This document shows, one piece after another, positions 13,401 through 23,239 of a stretch of DNA of 64,000 nt. The stretch is from contig NC_068981.1 of assembly GCF_001194135.2 (NCBI RefSeq), positions 125,133,778 to 125,197,777 of the forward strand. The letters are read 5' to 3'. Position 1 is the first letter of the stretch, and every line of letters starts with the position of its first letter. Under the pieces are notes generated by a model that searched no databases, was not told the DNA's origin, and saw only the letters and a program-made list of their open reading frames with translations. The DNA is from Octopus bimaculoides (lineage: Eukaryota). Position numbers and translations under genes: made by a program.

Positions 13401-13644
13401 TCATGTTTCAACATGTTTCTCCGGAATGAGTTTTTCTTCACTAATAATTACATTAGGCATGCCTTGTTCTTTCACACAATTATCAATAGTTGTTAAGAGC
13501 TGATGCAGGCGTCTGTCAATAGCACGTAAATGGAACTTGTTCAGAATAGGGGAGATTGGATCAAATAAGAGGACAGCTTCTAAAACTTTGGACAAAATAC
13601 CATTTTTCAACATTTTCAACTGATCATAAGTAGACTGTCGAATT
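13401..13644 (-). CDS. FAM20B: FAM20B-like terminal coding exon (244 bp including TGA)
   Basis: tttttctcttcag|A ATT CGA CAG...; encodes IRQSTYDQLKMLKNGILSKVLEAVLLFDPISPILNKFHLRAIDRRLHQLLTTIDNCVKEQGMPNVIISEEKLIPEKHVET*. Similar to human [34 protein letters not shown]...DQRL. Stop at 13401-13403. Lies in ORF 13401..13727. Confidence 0.94.
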
Positions 13645-15353
13645 CTGAAGAGAAAAAGAATGCAATAAATAAATGAATAAATAAATAAATTGAATAAATA
13701 ATAATATAAGTAAATAAAAGGAAACACATTTTACAGCAATCAAAAATTAACAATCCCATTAAAAGCCAAAATGACAACACAACTTCCTCTCTTCTTCACT
13801 CTGGGATGAAGAGTAAATTCTCAAACAATATATTTGTTCCTCTTAAAGGCATTTTACTTATCAAATTCTTCAACTAACTCTCCATTGAATTAAAACTATA
13901 TGCATGCATATGTATACATATTGGCTGATAAGGACTGCCTTCAGTCAAGAATGACCATGAGTTTGCACTTAGAAAGTTACACCTAAAGAGTTAGCCTCCA
14001 AGGCACAAATCCAAGCAAGGTTGTTTATGGAAGACCAGCAGTTACCCATGCATATCAGCCTCCCCTCTCCATGCCACTGATGTTATTCAAGATGAATTTT
14101 AAGCCTGATACTTGTTCTATCAGTCTCTTTTGCCAAACTGCTAAGTTACGGGGATGCAAACACACCAAGACCAGTTGTCAAACGGTGATGGGGGACAAAC
14201 ACAGACACAAAAACATATATATATATATATACACATATATAAATATAGAATAGTGGTACAACAAGGCACCAATGTTTACTATCTAACTACCTAAGTACCT
14301 ATCTATGAACATACACACACACACACATATATGCATACATATACAAATGTACATCATTCAACCACGGTAGTGGTTAAATGTATTCTTAAGTCCACCATTT
14401 TGTCAATCGCAGCAGCTTCCAAGCTCCACCAATAATTCAGTTCTCAACTGTTAACAGTTTTAAAGAGGACACCTCCTGAGCTATACTTTGGCATAAATAG
14501 TTTGAGATTTGGTTCGGTAGAAAAAAAGTTACATCAAAATATCTGCGACCTCAAAGGGGGCAGTAAGGAACCTATTCACCTTCAATTAACATAAACTTTT
14601 TAATTTTAAAATAAAAGTATACTTTTCTTAGGCTTAAATGATAGAAAAATGTATGAGGAATTCAGAGTTGTTAGTCGCATTGAATAAAAATTAGTAGAAG
14701 AAAAATTATGGAGTGAAATGCCACGAAATTTCGTGCCAGTAAGTAAGAGAGTAAGGAAGTAATGCTTAGCAATAAGAATAGAGAATATATTGCTAAGATG
14801 GTGAGCTGGCAGAAATGTTAGCGCACTGGGGGAAATGCTTAGCGGTATTTCACCTGTGTTTACATTTTGAGTTCAAATTCCGCCGAGGTCGACTTTGCTT
14901 TTTATCCATTTTGGATCTATTCAATTTGATATACAGATTATTTAATTAATTTTTTTTAACTAAACACTTTGAAATTTCTGATACTGGTACAATGTGTCAC
15001 ATACAACAGGGTTTACTCTTAATATTTTTGACAAAATTTTGTATTTTAGAAGTTATTTTGTCACAAGTTACAGAGTGACAATGGACAAATTTGTGTTTGA
15101 TAAGTGCCAATACATGAAACTCTCAGCTTTTGATTTACTCTCTAACTTCTGTCGATGATATATATATGCATATTATACATATATGTGTAAAAAAATCTCA
15201 TTATACAATCAAACCAATGAAAGAGCCTCTACCTGGTCGTTTGACACGCTAAGAATAGCAGCCAATGTATCCCCCTACCCAGTATTTTATAAGGTAAAAT
15301 CCTAAATTATTAATTGATACATTATTAATTATCTTATAACAGCAATGCCTGGA

Positions 15354-15742
15354 AAAATGTGAGCATGAAAAGTAATATTCTTAAGATTATAAACCTGGAA
15401 AAGTACAGGGCAAGTTATTACACCTGTATAGTTGACAAATAACACTATACTTATTTAAGTAGAATTTGGCTAATTTATTACCTTAAATAAAGAAAAAAGT
15501 GACTAATTAGATAAACTTACAAATTAGCTGAACAGTTTTGTACAATAAATTTAAAAGAACTGTAAAGAGTGATAAATTAGAAGAACTGGCATTCTTTGCT
15601 GCAATATTTTAAGTAAAAAGTTTCTTATTCTTTACTTTACATGAAGTAATAGTTTGTCCTATACTTTTCTGGGTGTAATAACTTGTCCTGTACTTTTTCA
15701 GGTTTATAATGTTCAGAATATTACTTTTCATGCTCACATTTT
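15354..15742. mobile_element. MITE with about 71-bp terminal inverted repeats
   Basis: 15354-15424 vs 15672-15742, about 5 mismatches, with an AT-rich non-coding interior. Confidence 0.75.
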
Positions 15743-16019
15743 GCCATGTAATATATATATGCATACATAATTACACATACATGTATCAGTGTATATATAT
15801 ATATATACTTTTACTTGTTTTAGTCATTCAACTGTGGCCATGCTGGAGTACCGCCTTAAATTTTTAGTTGAATGAATCAACCCCAGTACTTATTTTTTTA
15901 AGCCTAGTACTTGTTCTATCAGTCTCTTTGGCCAAACTGCTAAGTTACAGGGATGCAAACACACCAAGACCAGGTGATGGGGGACAAACACAGACACAAA
16001 AACACACAAACATATATAG

Positions 16020-16632
16020 ATATAGAATATTGGTACAATAAGGTACCAATGTATACTGGAAATAGCAGTCGATAAATTTACAATGCTATAGTAAAGCTTC
16101 ACTGTATACATAGTGGCAAAAATGTGTGTGGGCAGCGAACATAAAAAATTTTGTCTTACCTCAAGAAAGAACATTAGATAAATGGACAACCCAGAATTGG
16201 ATAATCTAGTACCTAGGTTTCAGATTCTTCAAATACATTTGTTAGCATAAATTTGATTAGTTTTCTGTAGCTAGATTTACCTGGACAATATTTCAAATGT
16301 TGCTACATCAATGCCAGTATACTCACCTGAATGCCTAGCCGTTAACAGAACTGAGAACAGTGAATATTGTCCAGGTAAATCTAGCTGAAGAAGATTAATC
16401 AAATTTATAACAAATGTATTTGAAGAGTCCGAAACCTAGGTACTAGATTATCCGATTCTGGATTGTCCATTTATCTAATGTTCTTCCTAGAGGTAAGACA
16501 AAATTTTTTATGTTCACTGCCCGCACACATCTTTGCCAGTATGTATACAGTGAAACTTTACTATAGCGTCATAAATTTATTGACTGCTATTTCCAGTAAA
16601 CATTGGTGCCTTGTTGTACCACTATTCTATAT
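16020..16632. repeat. Long foldback hairpin (arms 16020-16292 / 16363-16632), family X
   Basis: About 23 mismatches plus one 3-bp indel over about 273 bp, 70-nt loop. The ORF track shows mirror peptides (MSIYLMFFLEVRQNFLCSLP...) on both strands. Confidence 0.92.
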
Positions 16633-16712
16633 GTATACTTCTACCTTTACAATGCTTTATTTGACTGGAAAGTAATACATCTGTATTGCAATATTAAAAT
16701 TTTTCATTGTAT

Positions 16713-16769
<57 letters not shown>

Positions 16770-17475
16770 NNNNNNNNNNNNNNNNNNNNNNNNNNNNNNN
16801 NNNNNNNNNNNNNNNNNNNNNNNNNNNNNNNNNNNNNNNNNNNNNNNNNNNNNNNNNNNNNNNNNNNNNNNNNNNNNNNNNNNNNNNNNNNNNNNNNNNN
16901 NNNNNNNNNNNNNNNNNNNNNNNNNNNNNNNNNNNNNNNNNNNNNNNNNNNNNNNNGAAATAAGAGGAAAAGAAAAAAGAAAAATTAATATTAATAATAA
17001 GGCAGAATGCTAAAACTGAAAGCATATTTTAATATAGATGTGTATAAGGAGGATTAAAAAGGATTTCTAACCAGCTTTCATTGCATAGCAAATTTTCAAG
17101 AAGAGGGAAAATGAAAATAGTGTTTTTTTACAAAAAAATAAAAAATATATAAAAAAATAAATATACCAATACATTATATTGTCTTTGAGCTTTGAAAGTT
17201 CAATGGTAATCCATGTAGATAATTGTTAGAAAGATTAGGATGCATGTATTTAAAATTAGTGTTCTGTTTAAAAAAGGCTGAATGTTTATGTGTCAAACAG
17301 GAAGTGTGGTGTCAAACAGGAAGTGTGAATAAGGGGAGACAATTCTATGGGTTTTATACTCTTTAATTGGAGTTCTGGACTCTTTGTCAACAGGAAGTTT
17401 ATGTCTGTTCTTAGAGAAACAAGAAGTAAATTTATATGTATTTCATTGGGTGGGCGAGAGAAGGGAATATGGTCA

Positions 17476-17690
17476 CCAAGGAGTTTGTATGGTAAGAAGT
17501 GTTTGGTATTTCTCTATGAAAAGATTCTCCTTGTTGATTCTTTCTTGTGTAGAGATTCTGTCTTTACATTGATAGAAAGGGAATATAAGGAATTTAGGAT
17601 TTCTATTTCTGGCACAAGAGTCTATGTAGCCACTGAGTGGAATTTGACGGTGTTGTGGAAGATTTATTTGTTCTTTAAAGAGTAGCAGTA
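17476..17690 (-). mobile_element. Penelope-like element remnant, GIY-YIG C-terminal region
   Basis: KEQINLPQHRQIPLSGYIDSCARNRNPKFLIFPFYQCKDRISTQERINKENLFIEKYQTLL resembles the C-termini of Penelope GIY-YIG endonucleases (H.QQI...HxxxC...FxIFPF...RxxKExxFIxK). Recognised from memory only. Confidence 0.5.
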
Positions 17691-18600
17691 ATGAAACCGC
17701 TTGGATACCCAACACCTGCGTGGGGTGGGGGGGGATGTGTGCAAGAAAAACATTTATGGACATGAACTTGTGCAATGTTACACCTCTGAATTTTTTTAAT
17801 TTGTGATAATGACTCAAGTCGTTACCTCTAAAATTAATTTCCTTCGCATTTTCTCTCTTTTTCAATATTCAATTAAAAGAGAGAATATGTTGTTACTAAC
17901 AATGTTAAAACTTTAGTAACTTGATCGATCTGTCATTCAACCAGGATTTCAATTTCATTTGATACACACTTCGCTATCATTTATATGGAGAATTGCAAGC
18001 ATGGCATATAAAGACGACTTATTTTAATAGAAATTTTATGAGTAGATTTCCGTAAATGTTTCTCTTGTGCACCCACACCCCTAACACACATATACGCATG
18101 CAGATATACATGGATTAAGTCCTATTTTGGAAGTATGTTAAGGTTTTTATTATTTTGGAATGAAGAACACAAACATAGGTGCTGAGCCAGTGACTCAACT
18201 TGTAGTATTTTGTTGGGATTAATCCAGTGAACTGACAGCAAAATAATTGCTTCTATCAGAATCGTTTACCTTTAAAGTGAAAAAACAAAACTGGTGTATA
18301 CGACACACAAACACACGAGAGATAAGTACAGGACAGTCCATTCTATTGTTGTTTGTTAATTCAAAGCCCTAAGTTTTCCTATCTTGACGTTGAAAGCTCG
18401 AAACAGGGAGTAATAAACAGTCGACAACTTAGGAGAAGTTAGACTTCTTTTGATATTTTGTCCCGAACTTGTGTCTCATTATAAGTTTACGTATTTTTCA
18501 CTCATTGTTGATGTCCTGTTCTTATTGTGCTATTTGTCCTGTACTTATCTTTTGTGTGTTTACATGTTTTTCGTTCATTGGTGATGTCCTATACTTAATG

Positions 18601-18645
<45 letters not shown>

Positions 18646-19015
18646 CACACACACACACTATACTATGTGTGAGAACTGAATATGTGACCTCAAATCAGTA
18701 GACACCCCACAGTTACATTTTGACAATTCACAACAATATTGACCACTCCAAAATATTCCATTTCTTTATTCTTGATGGACTTAACTTTCCTTCCTCCTCC
18801 ATTCTTAAGTACTATTTACTGTTAGTCTTATCTTTACCTTTAGCTTTATCTTTATTTCATTTACGTATTATTTATTTTTCCCCTTCTTCATTTTCTTTGC
18901 ATTCTCTCTTCCTTCTTCTCCTTCTTCCTCTTATACACATATGTGTTTTTGTATTTTTACATATTTTTCCTTTTTTGTGTGTATACTTGTAAGGAAAAAC
19001 TTTTGCTATTTAAGC

Positions 19016-19278
19016 GAACTTAGAATGTAAAGACAGATGAAACGCTGCTGAGCATTTTGCCCAGCATGCTAATGATTCTGACAGCTCAATAATAATAATA
19101 ATAATAATAATAATAATTATTATTATTCTTTCAACCATAGGCACAAGGCCTGAAATTTTGGGGAGGGGGATAGTTGATTGCATCAAACTTAGTGCATAAG
19201 TGCTACTTAATTTATTGACTCCGAAAGAATGAAAGGCAAAGTCGACTTAGGCAGAATTTGAACTCATAACATAAACAT
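19016..19278 (-). repeat. Local near-perfect duplication of 20654-20910 (two SINE halves around an AAT tract)
   Basis: Identical on reading except for two AAT units (263 vs 257 bp). Confidence 0.85.
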
Positions 19279-20369
19279 ATACTTTTCAGATTGAAAATGG
19301 GTTATGTGAAGTTTGAAACTCATATCAGGGTCACTCTTTGTAAACATTATTAAAATAAAAATTATTCCCCAAAATAGCCATCTCTACTCATCTTTTCAAA
19401 TGTATATATATATATATATAGAAAGAGAGAATATATATGTGTGTGTATACACACACATAAATGGGCTTCCACACAGTTTCTGTCAACCATATTCACTCAC
19501 AAGACATTGGTTGGCATGGGGCTATGTTAGAGGATGCTTTTGCATGATGTTATGCAATGGAACTGAACCTGAAACCATATTGTTGCAAAGATGAGCTGCT
19601 TAATCACACAACTCTGCCTGCACTTATAATGAATATGTAAGTACTGAAATATCTTCCTTCATTAAAAATGAGGTTAAATATTCGTAGAATTATAAATCTG
19701 ATCAATCATCTCAGACTTTTAGCCTGTAGCAGTTCAGCTTCTTCTGATTCACATATTTTATTGAACTTTAATTTCATGAAGCCAATGTGAGAAAGCATCT
19801 ATGTGCTCCCTCAACCTGATAGAAATTGCAACCAAATTCTCTCAAATTACATTTTATTTTCATAAAAAAGGGGAAGGAAGTATTGAATAATATAGACTTG
19901 AGTTAATATAGACTTTTAGTTGAATGACTCAACCCCAGTACTTATTTTTTTAAGCCTATATAAATATAGAATAATGGTACAACAAGGCACCAATGTTTAC
20001 TGGAAATAGCAGTCGATAAATTTACAATGCTATAGTAAAGCTTCACTGTATACAAACCAAAGAAAATATGTCTCCACTGGGTTTTATTGTTTTCTATTGC
20101 TGAAACTATCTGTCAATTGCAAGTCCTGAGTAAAAATATAGTCCAACATATCCCTAAAAGAACTGACTGGTCATGCCTGGAATACCTTTGGTCATGAGTT
20201 TGTTAAATTAAATTTCTCCTCAGACAAAATAACAACAATATTCCTAGAACACCTATTTTATTTTAAATAAGCTAACTTGCTTTTGCAACAAGATGAAGCC
20301 AATGGCATTATGATTTTGACAATGATGATGATGCCATCGACTACTACTACTGCTGCCGATAATGATGAT

Positions 20370-21376
20370 AAGAAGAAAAATTCTTTCTAATTTTGTTGCA
20401 AAGCAGGCAATTTTGAGTGGGATGGAGTGCAAGTTGATTACATCAACCCCGGCACTTGACTGGCACCTACTTAACCAACACCAGATCACCACCTTAATAA
20501 TAATAATAATAATAATAATCCCTTCTACTAAAGGCACAAGATCTGAAATATTGGGAGACGGGACCAGTCAATTATTTCAACCTCAGTGTTTCACTAGTTC
20601 TTAATTTATCAACCCTGAAAGGATGAAAGGCAAAGTCGACCTCAGCGGAATTTGAACTTAGAATGTAAAGACAGATGAAACGCTGCTGAGCATTTTGCCC
20701 AGCATGCTAATGATTCTGACAGCTCAATAATAATAATAATAATAATAATTATTATTATTCTTTCAACCATAGGCACAAGGCCTGAAATTTTGGGGAGGGG
20801 GATAGTTGATTGCATCAAACTTAGTGCATAAGTGCTACTTAATTTATTGACTCCGAAAGAATGAAAGGCAAAGTCGACTTAGGCAGAATTTGAACTCATA
20901 ACATAAACATGGACGAAATGCCACCATGCTACTGATTCTGCTAGCTCAATAAAAATAATAATAATAATGGTCTCAAATTTTAGCATAAGGTCAGCAATTA
21001 TGGGGAAGGGTGCTCAACTGGTACTTATTTTATTGACTCTAAAAGTTGAACCCAGCAGCATTTGAACTCAGAACATAAAATAGGATTAAATGCTGTTATG
21101 CAATTTTTTACAGCATGAAAACAATTCTGCCAGCTTGCTTCCCTAATAATAATAATAATAATGGTTCAAATTTTGGCACAAGGCCAGCAAATTTGGAAGT
21201 AGAAGGTAAGTTGATTACATGGACCCCAGTGTGTAACTGGTACTTATTTTATTGACCTCAAAAGGATGTAAGGCCAAGTCAGCCTCAGCATCATTTGAAC
21301 TCAGAACATAAAGATGGACAAAATGCCACTAAGTATTTTGCCTGGTGTGTTAATGAGTCTGCCAGCTCACCACCCT
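20370..21376 (-). mobile_element. Head-to-tail array of five diverged family-B SINE units separated by (AAT)n
   Basis: Units at about 20370-20495, 20520-20725, 20760-20947, 20969-21144 and 21163-21376. All but the internally deleted first unit carry ggcacaagg / gaatttgaactcagaa / ttctgccagctc variants. Confidence 0.85.
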
Positions 21377-21388
21377 AATAATAATAAC

Positions 21389-21857
21389 TGGGACTTTGAC
21401 TTCAGGACATACAAAATGTTAGAGCTCTGAAGGCTGGATATAGTAACCTTTGAGAGGGATAAACAAGAGTGCCTAATAATCAATGTGGCAGTGCCAGGAG
21501 ATCAACATATCGTAAAAGAAACAGAAAAGGTTGATATATATAGAGACCTGAGAATTGAGATTGCCAAGATGTGGCAGCTGTGAGAGTCAAACATAAAGGT
21601 TGCTTGTTGCCCCTGTTGTGATTGGAGCATTGGGTTCAATACCACCCAACCTGAAGAAACATCTGGAAACTTTAGAAATACCCTATAATCTTGGTGTATT
21701 GTAAAATACTGGCTTTACTTGGAACTGCATGCATGTTGTGTAAAGTACTGTCTGTCTGAGGTCTCTGTTGGGAATTGACAGACAGTACAAATTCCTGGGA
21801 AACCCCACAATATCTTCAATCTACCACATCACAGTATTGGACATTGTGTGATGTCTT
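21389..21857 (+). mobile_element. 5'-truncated R4/Dong-clade non-LTR retrotransposon (restriction-like endonuclease domain plus 3' UTR)
   Basis: WDFDFRTYKMLEL*RLDIVTFERDKQECLIINVAVPGDQHIVKETEKVDIYRDLRIEIAKMWQL*...PVVIGALGSIPPNLKKHLETLEIPYNLGVL*...LLGTACMLCKVLSV*. This matches the RLE pattern WD...RPD...D(V/I)AVP...KxxKYxDL...IGALG, with stops and frameshifts. It is bounded by TAA repeats on both sides. Confidence 0.8.
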
Positions 21858-21858
21858 C

Positions 21859-21910
<52 letters not shown>
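21858..21910. repeat. (AAT)n microsatellite about 40 bp from the splice donor of the 60-bp exon
   Basis: Directly visible. Confidence 0.95.
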
Positions 21911-21915
<5 letters not shown>

Positions 21916-21951
21916 GAGAATGACTGAAAAAATAGAAAGAAGAAATCTTAC

Positions 21952-22011
21952 TTGCAACATTGATACAAAGGAGCAAGGATCGAATATTCATCATGATACG
22001 GATTGCCAAAA
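21952..22011 (-). CDS. FAM20B: FAM20B-like 60-bp coding exon
   Basis: cttctag|T TTT GGC AAT CCG TAT CAT GAT GAA TAT TCG ATC CTT GCT CCT TTG TAT CAA TGT TGC AA|gtaaga = (S)[19 protein letters not shown](K). Matches the family motif [20 protein letters not shown]. Phase 2-2. Confidence 0.95.
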
Positions 22012-22609
22012 CTAGAAGTTGAAGAAAAGATAATACATTAAAAGACAAAGAAAAACAAAAGAAATTTACATTGATATCCATTCAAACAACACAGATTTAT
22101 TATAAACAGACACATGGTCTGAGGCTTTGTTTCTTTACATGAATGTGTTTGGTGGTGGTGGTGGTGGTGATAGTGGTTTTAATGAAAGTGTGTTGTGATG
22201 GTCATTCATTAAGGTGGAAACAAAAGATCAGTATTTTTGTTTTTTTTCTATAATTTTTGTTCAATGAAGATGTGAATTTGCAGAGAATGTGGAGTTGGTT
22301 GACTCAATCACAGTAGATTTCTAGCAAACTGAGACAGCTCTACATGGTGTTTCAATCTGTTAGAAATAGCAGCCAAATTACCTTATTACATTGTACAGTT
22401 TTTAAAAAAAAAGTTGGGGGGAGGATACATTGAATAATGTAGTCCTAGATACACTGGAACAAAAATGTGATGATTATAACTGGAACACCTTTCTTCATAG
22501 GTCTACTTAATCAGGGCTAACCTGGGGTTAAACAATACCATTGATAACTGGTGCTTGGTTTACAACCCACCTAACCATCGTATGGATGAAAGAGAGAGAT
22601 GGTGTAATT

Positions 22610-22824
22610 TTTTTCTACTCTAGGCACAAGGTCCAAAATGTTTTGGGGAAGGGGCCAGTCAATTAGATCAACCCCAATACGCAACTGGTACTCAATTTAT
22701 CAACCCCGAAAGGATGAAAGGCAAAGTCGACCTCGGGGGAATTTGAACTCAGAATGCAAAAACAGATGAAATATGGCTAAGCATTTCACCTGGCATGCTA
22801 ACATTTCTGCCAGTTCGCCGCCTT
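22610..22824 (-). mobile_element. Complete family-B SINE with 15-bp target-site duplication
   Basis: agagatggtgtaatt at 22595-22609 and 22825-22839. Similar TSDs flank the + strand copies at 37726-37941 (aatatttctttt) and 55509-55731. Confidence 0.88.
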
Positions 22825-23024
22825 AGAGATGGTGTAATTCTGGCTCAAATGTTTTTACAAAGAAGAATAATGATAATTGAGGTTATATACTGCTAATTAA
22901 GATCTAGCAAATTAACTGATAAGATTTGCATCACTCACTTAGTATCAATTCTTTGAAGCAATTAAGAAGCTTCTGGATGGCAGGAAAATATAATTCTTCC
23001 TCATATCACACATTTCTATCTTAA

Positions 23025-23239
23025 TCCTCTAGCATTCATCAAATGTAATATTTATTCACATTGATTTGAAGTAATCATGCATTATCTTGTAGCTTTGAGA
23101 TTTTGATGATGTGACTGTATATTTTTAAAATGACATTCATTGTAGGGTAGGCATGAGAGGCCAAATCTGGCTGGTTTGAACATACCATAAAGTAGGCAGA
23201 ATATTTTGCCTAGCTATGTCTGGTTTAAAGGCTTAAGGG
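23025..23239. mobile_element. piggyBac-type MITE (family E)
   Basis: TTAA-flanked; tcctctagcatt...aagggt. Same family as 36497-36715 and 62474-62677, with a fragment near 27430-27530. Confidence 0.7.

Noticed and set aside
18303-18560. 26-bp inverted repeat around a CpG-retaining core
   Set aside because: Probably a small MITE or LTR relic; no TSD or second copy to support a call.
20370-21910. Repeat-spacer periodicity suggestive of a CRISPR-like array
   Set aside because: The units are about 200-bp SINE copies separated by AAT microsatellite in a eukaryotic intron, with no unique spacers and no cas genes.
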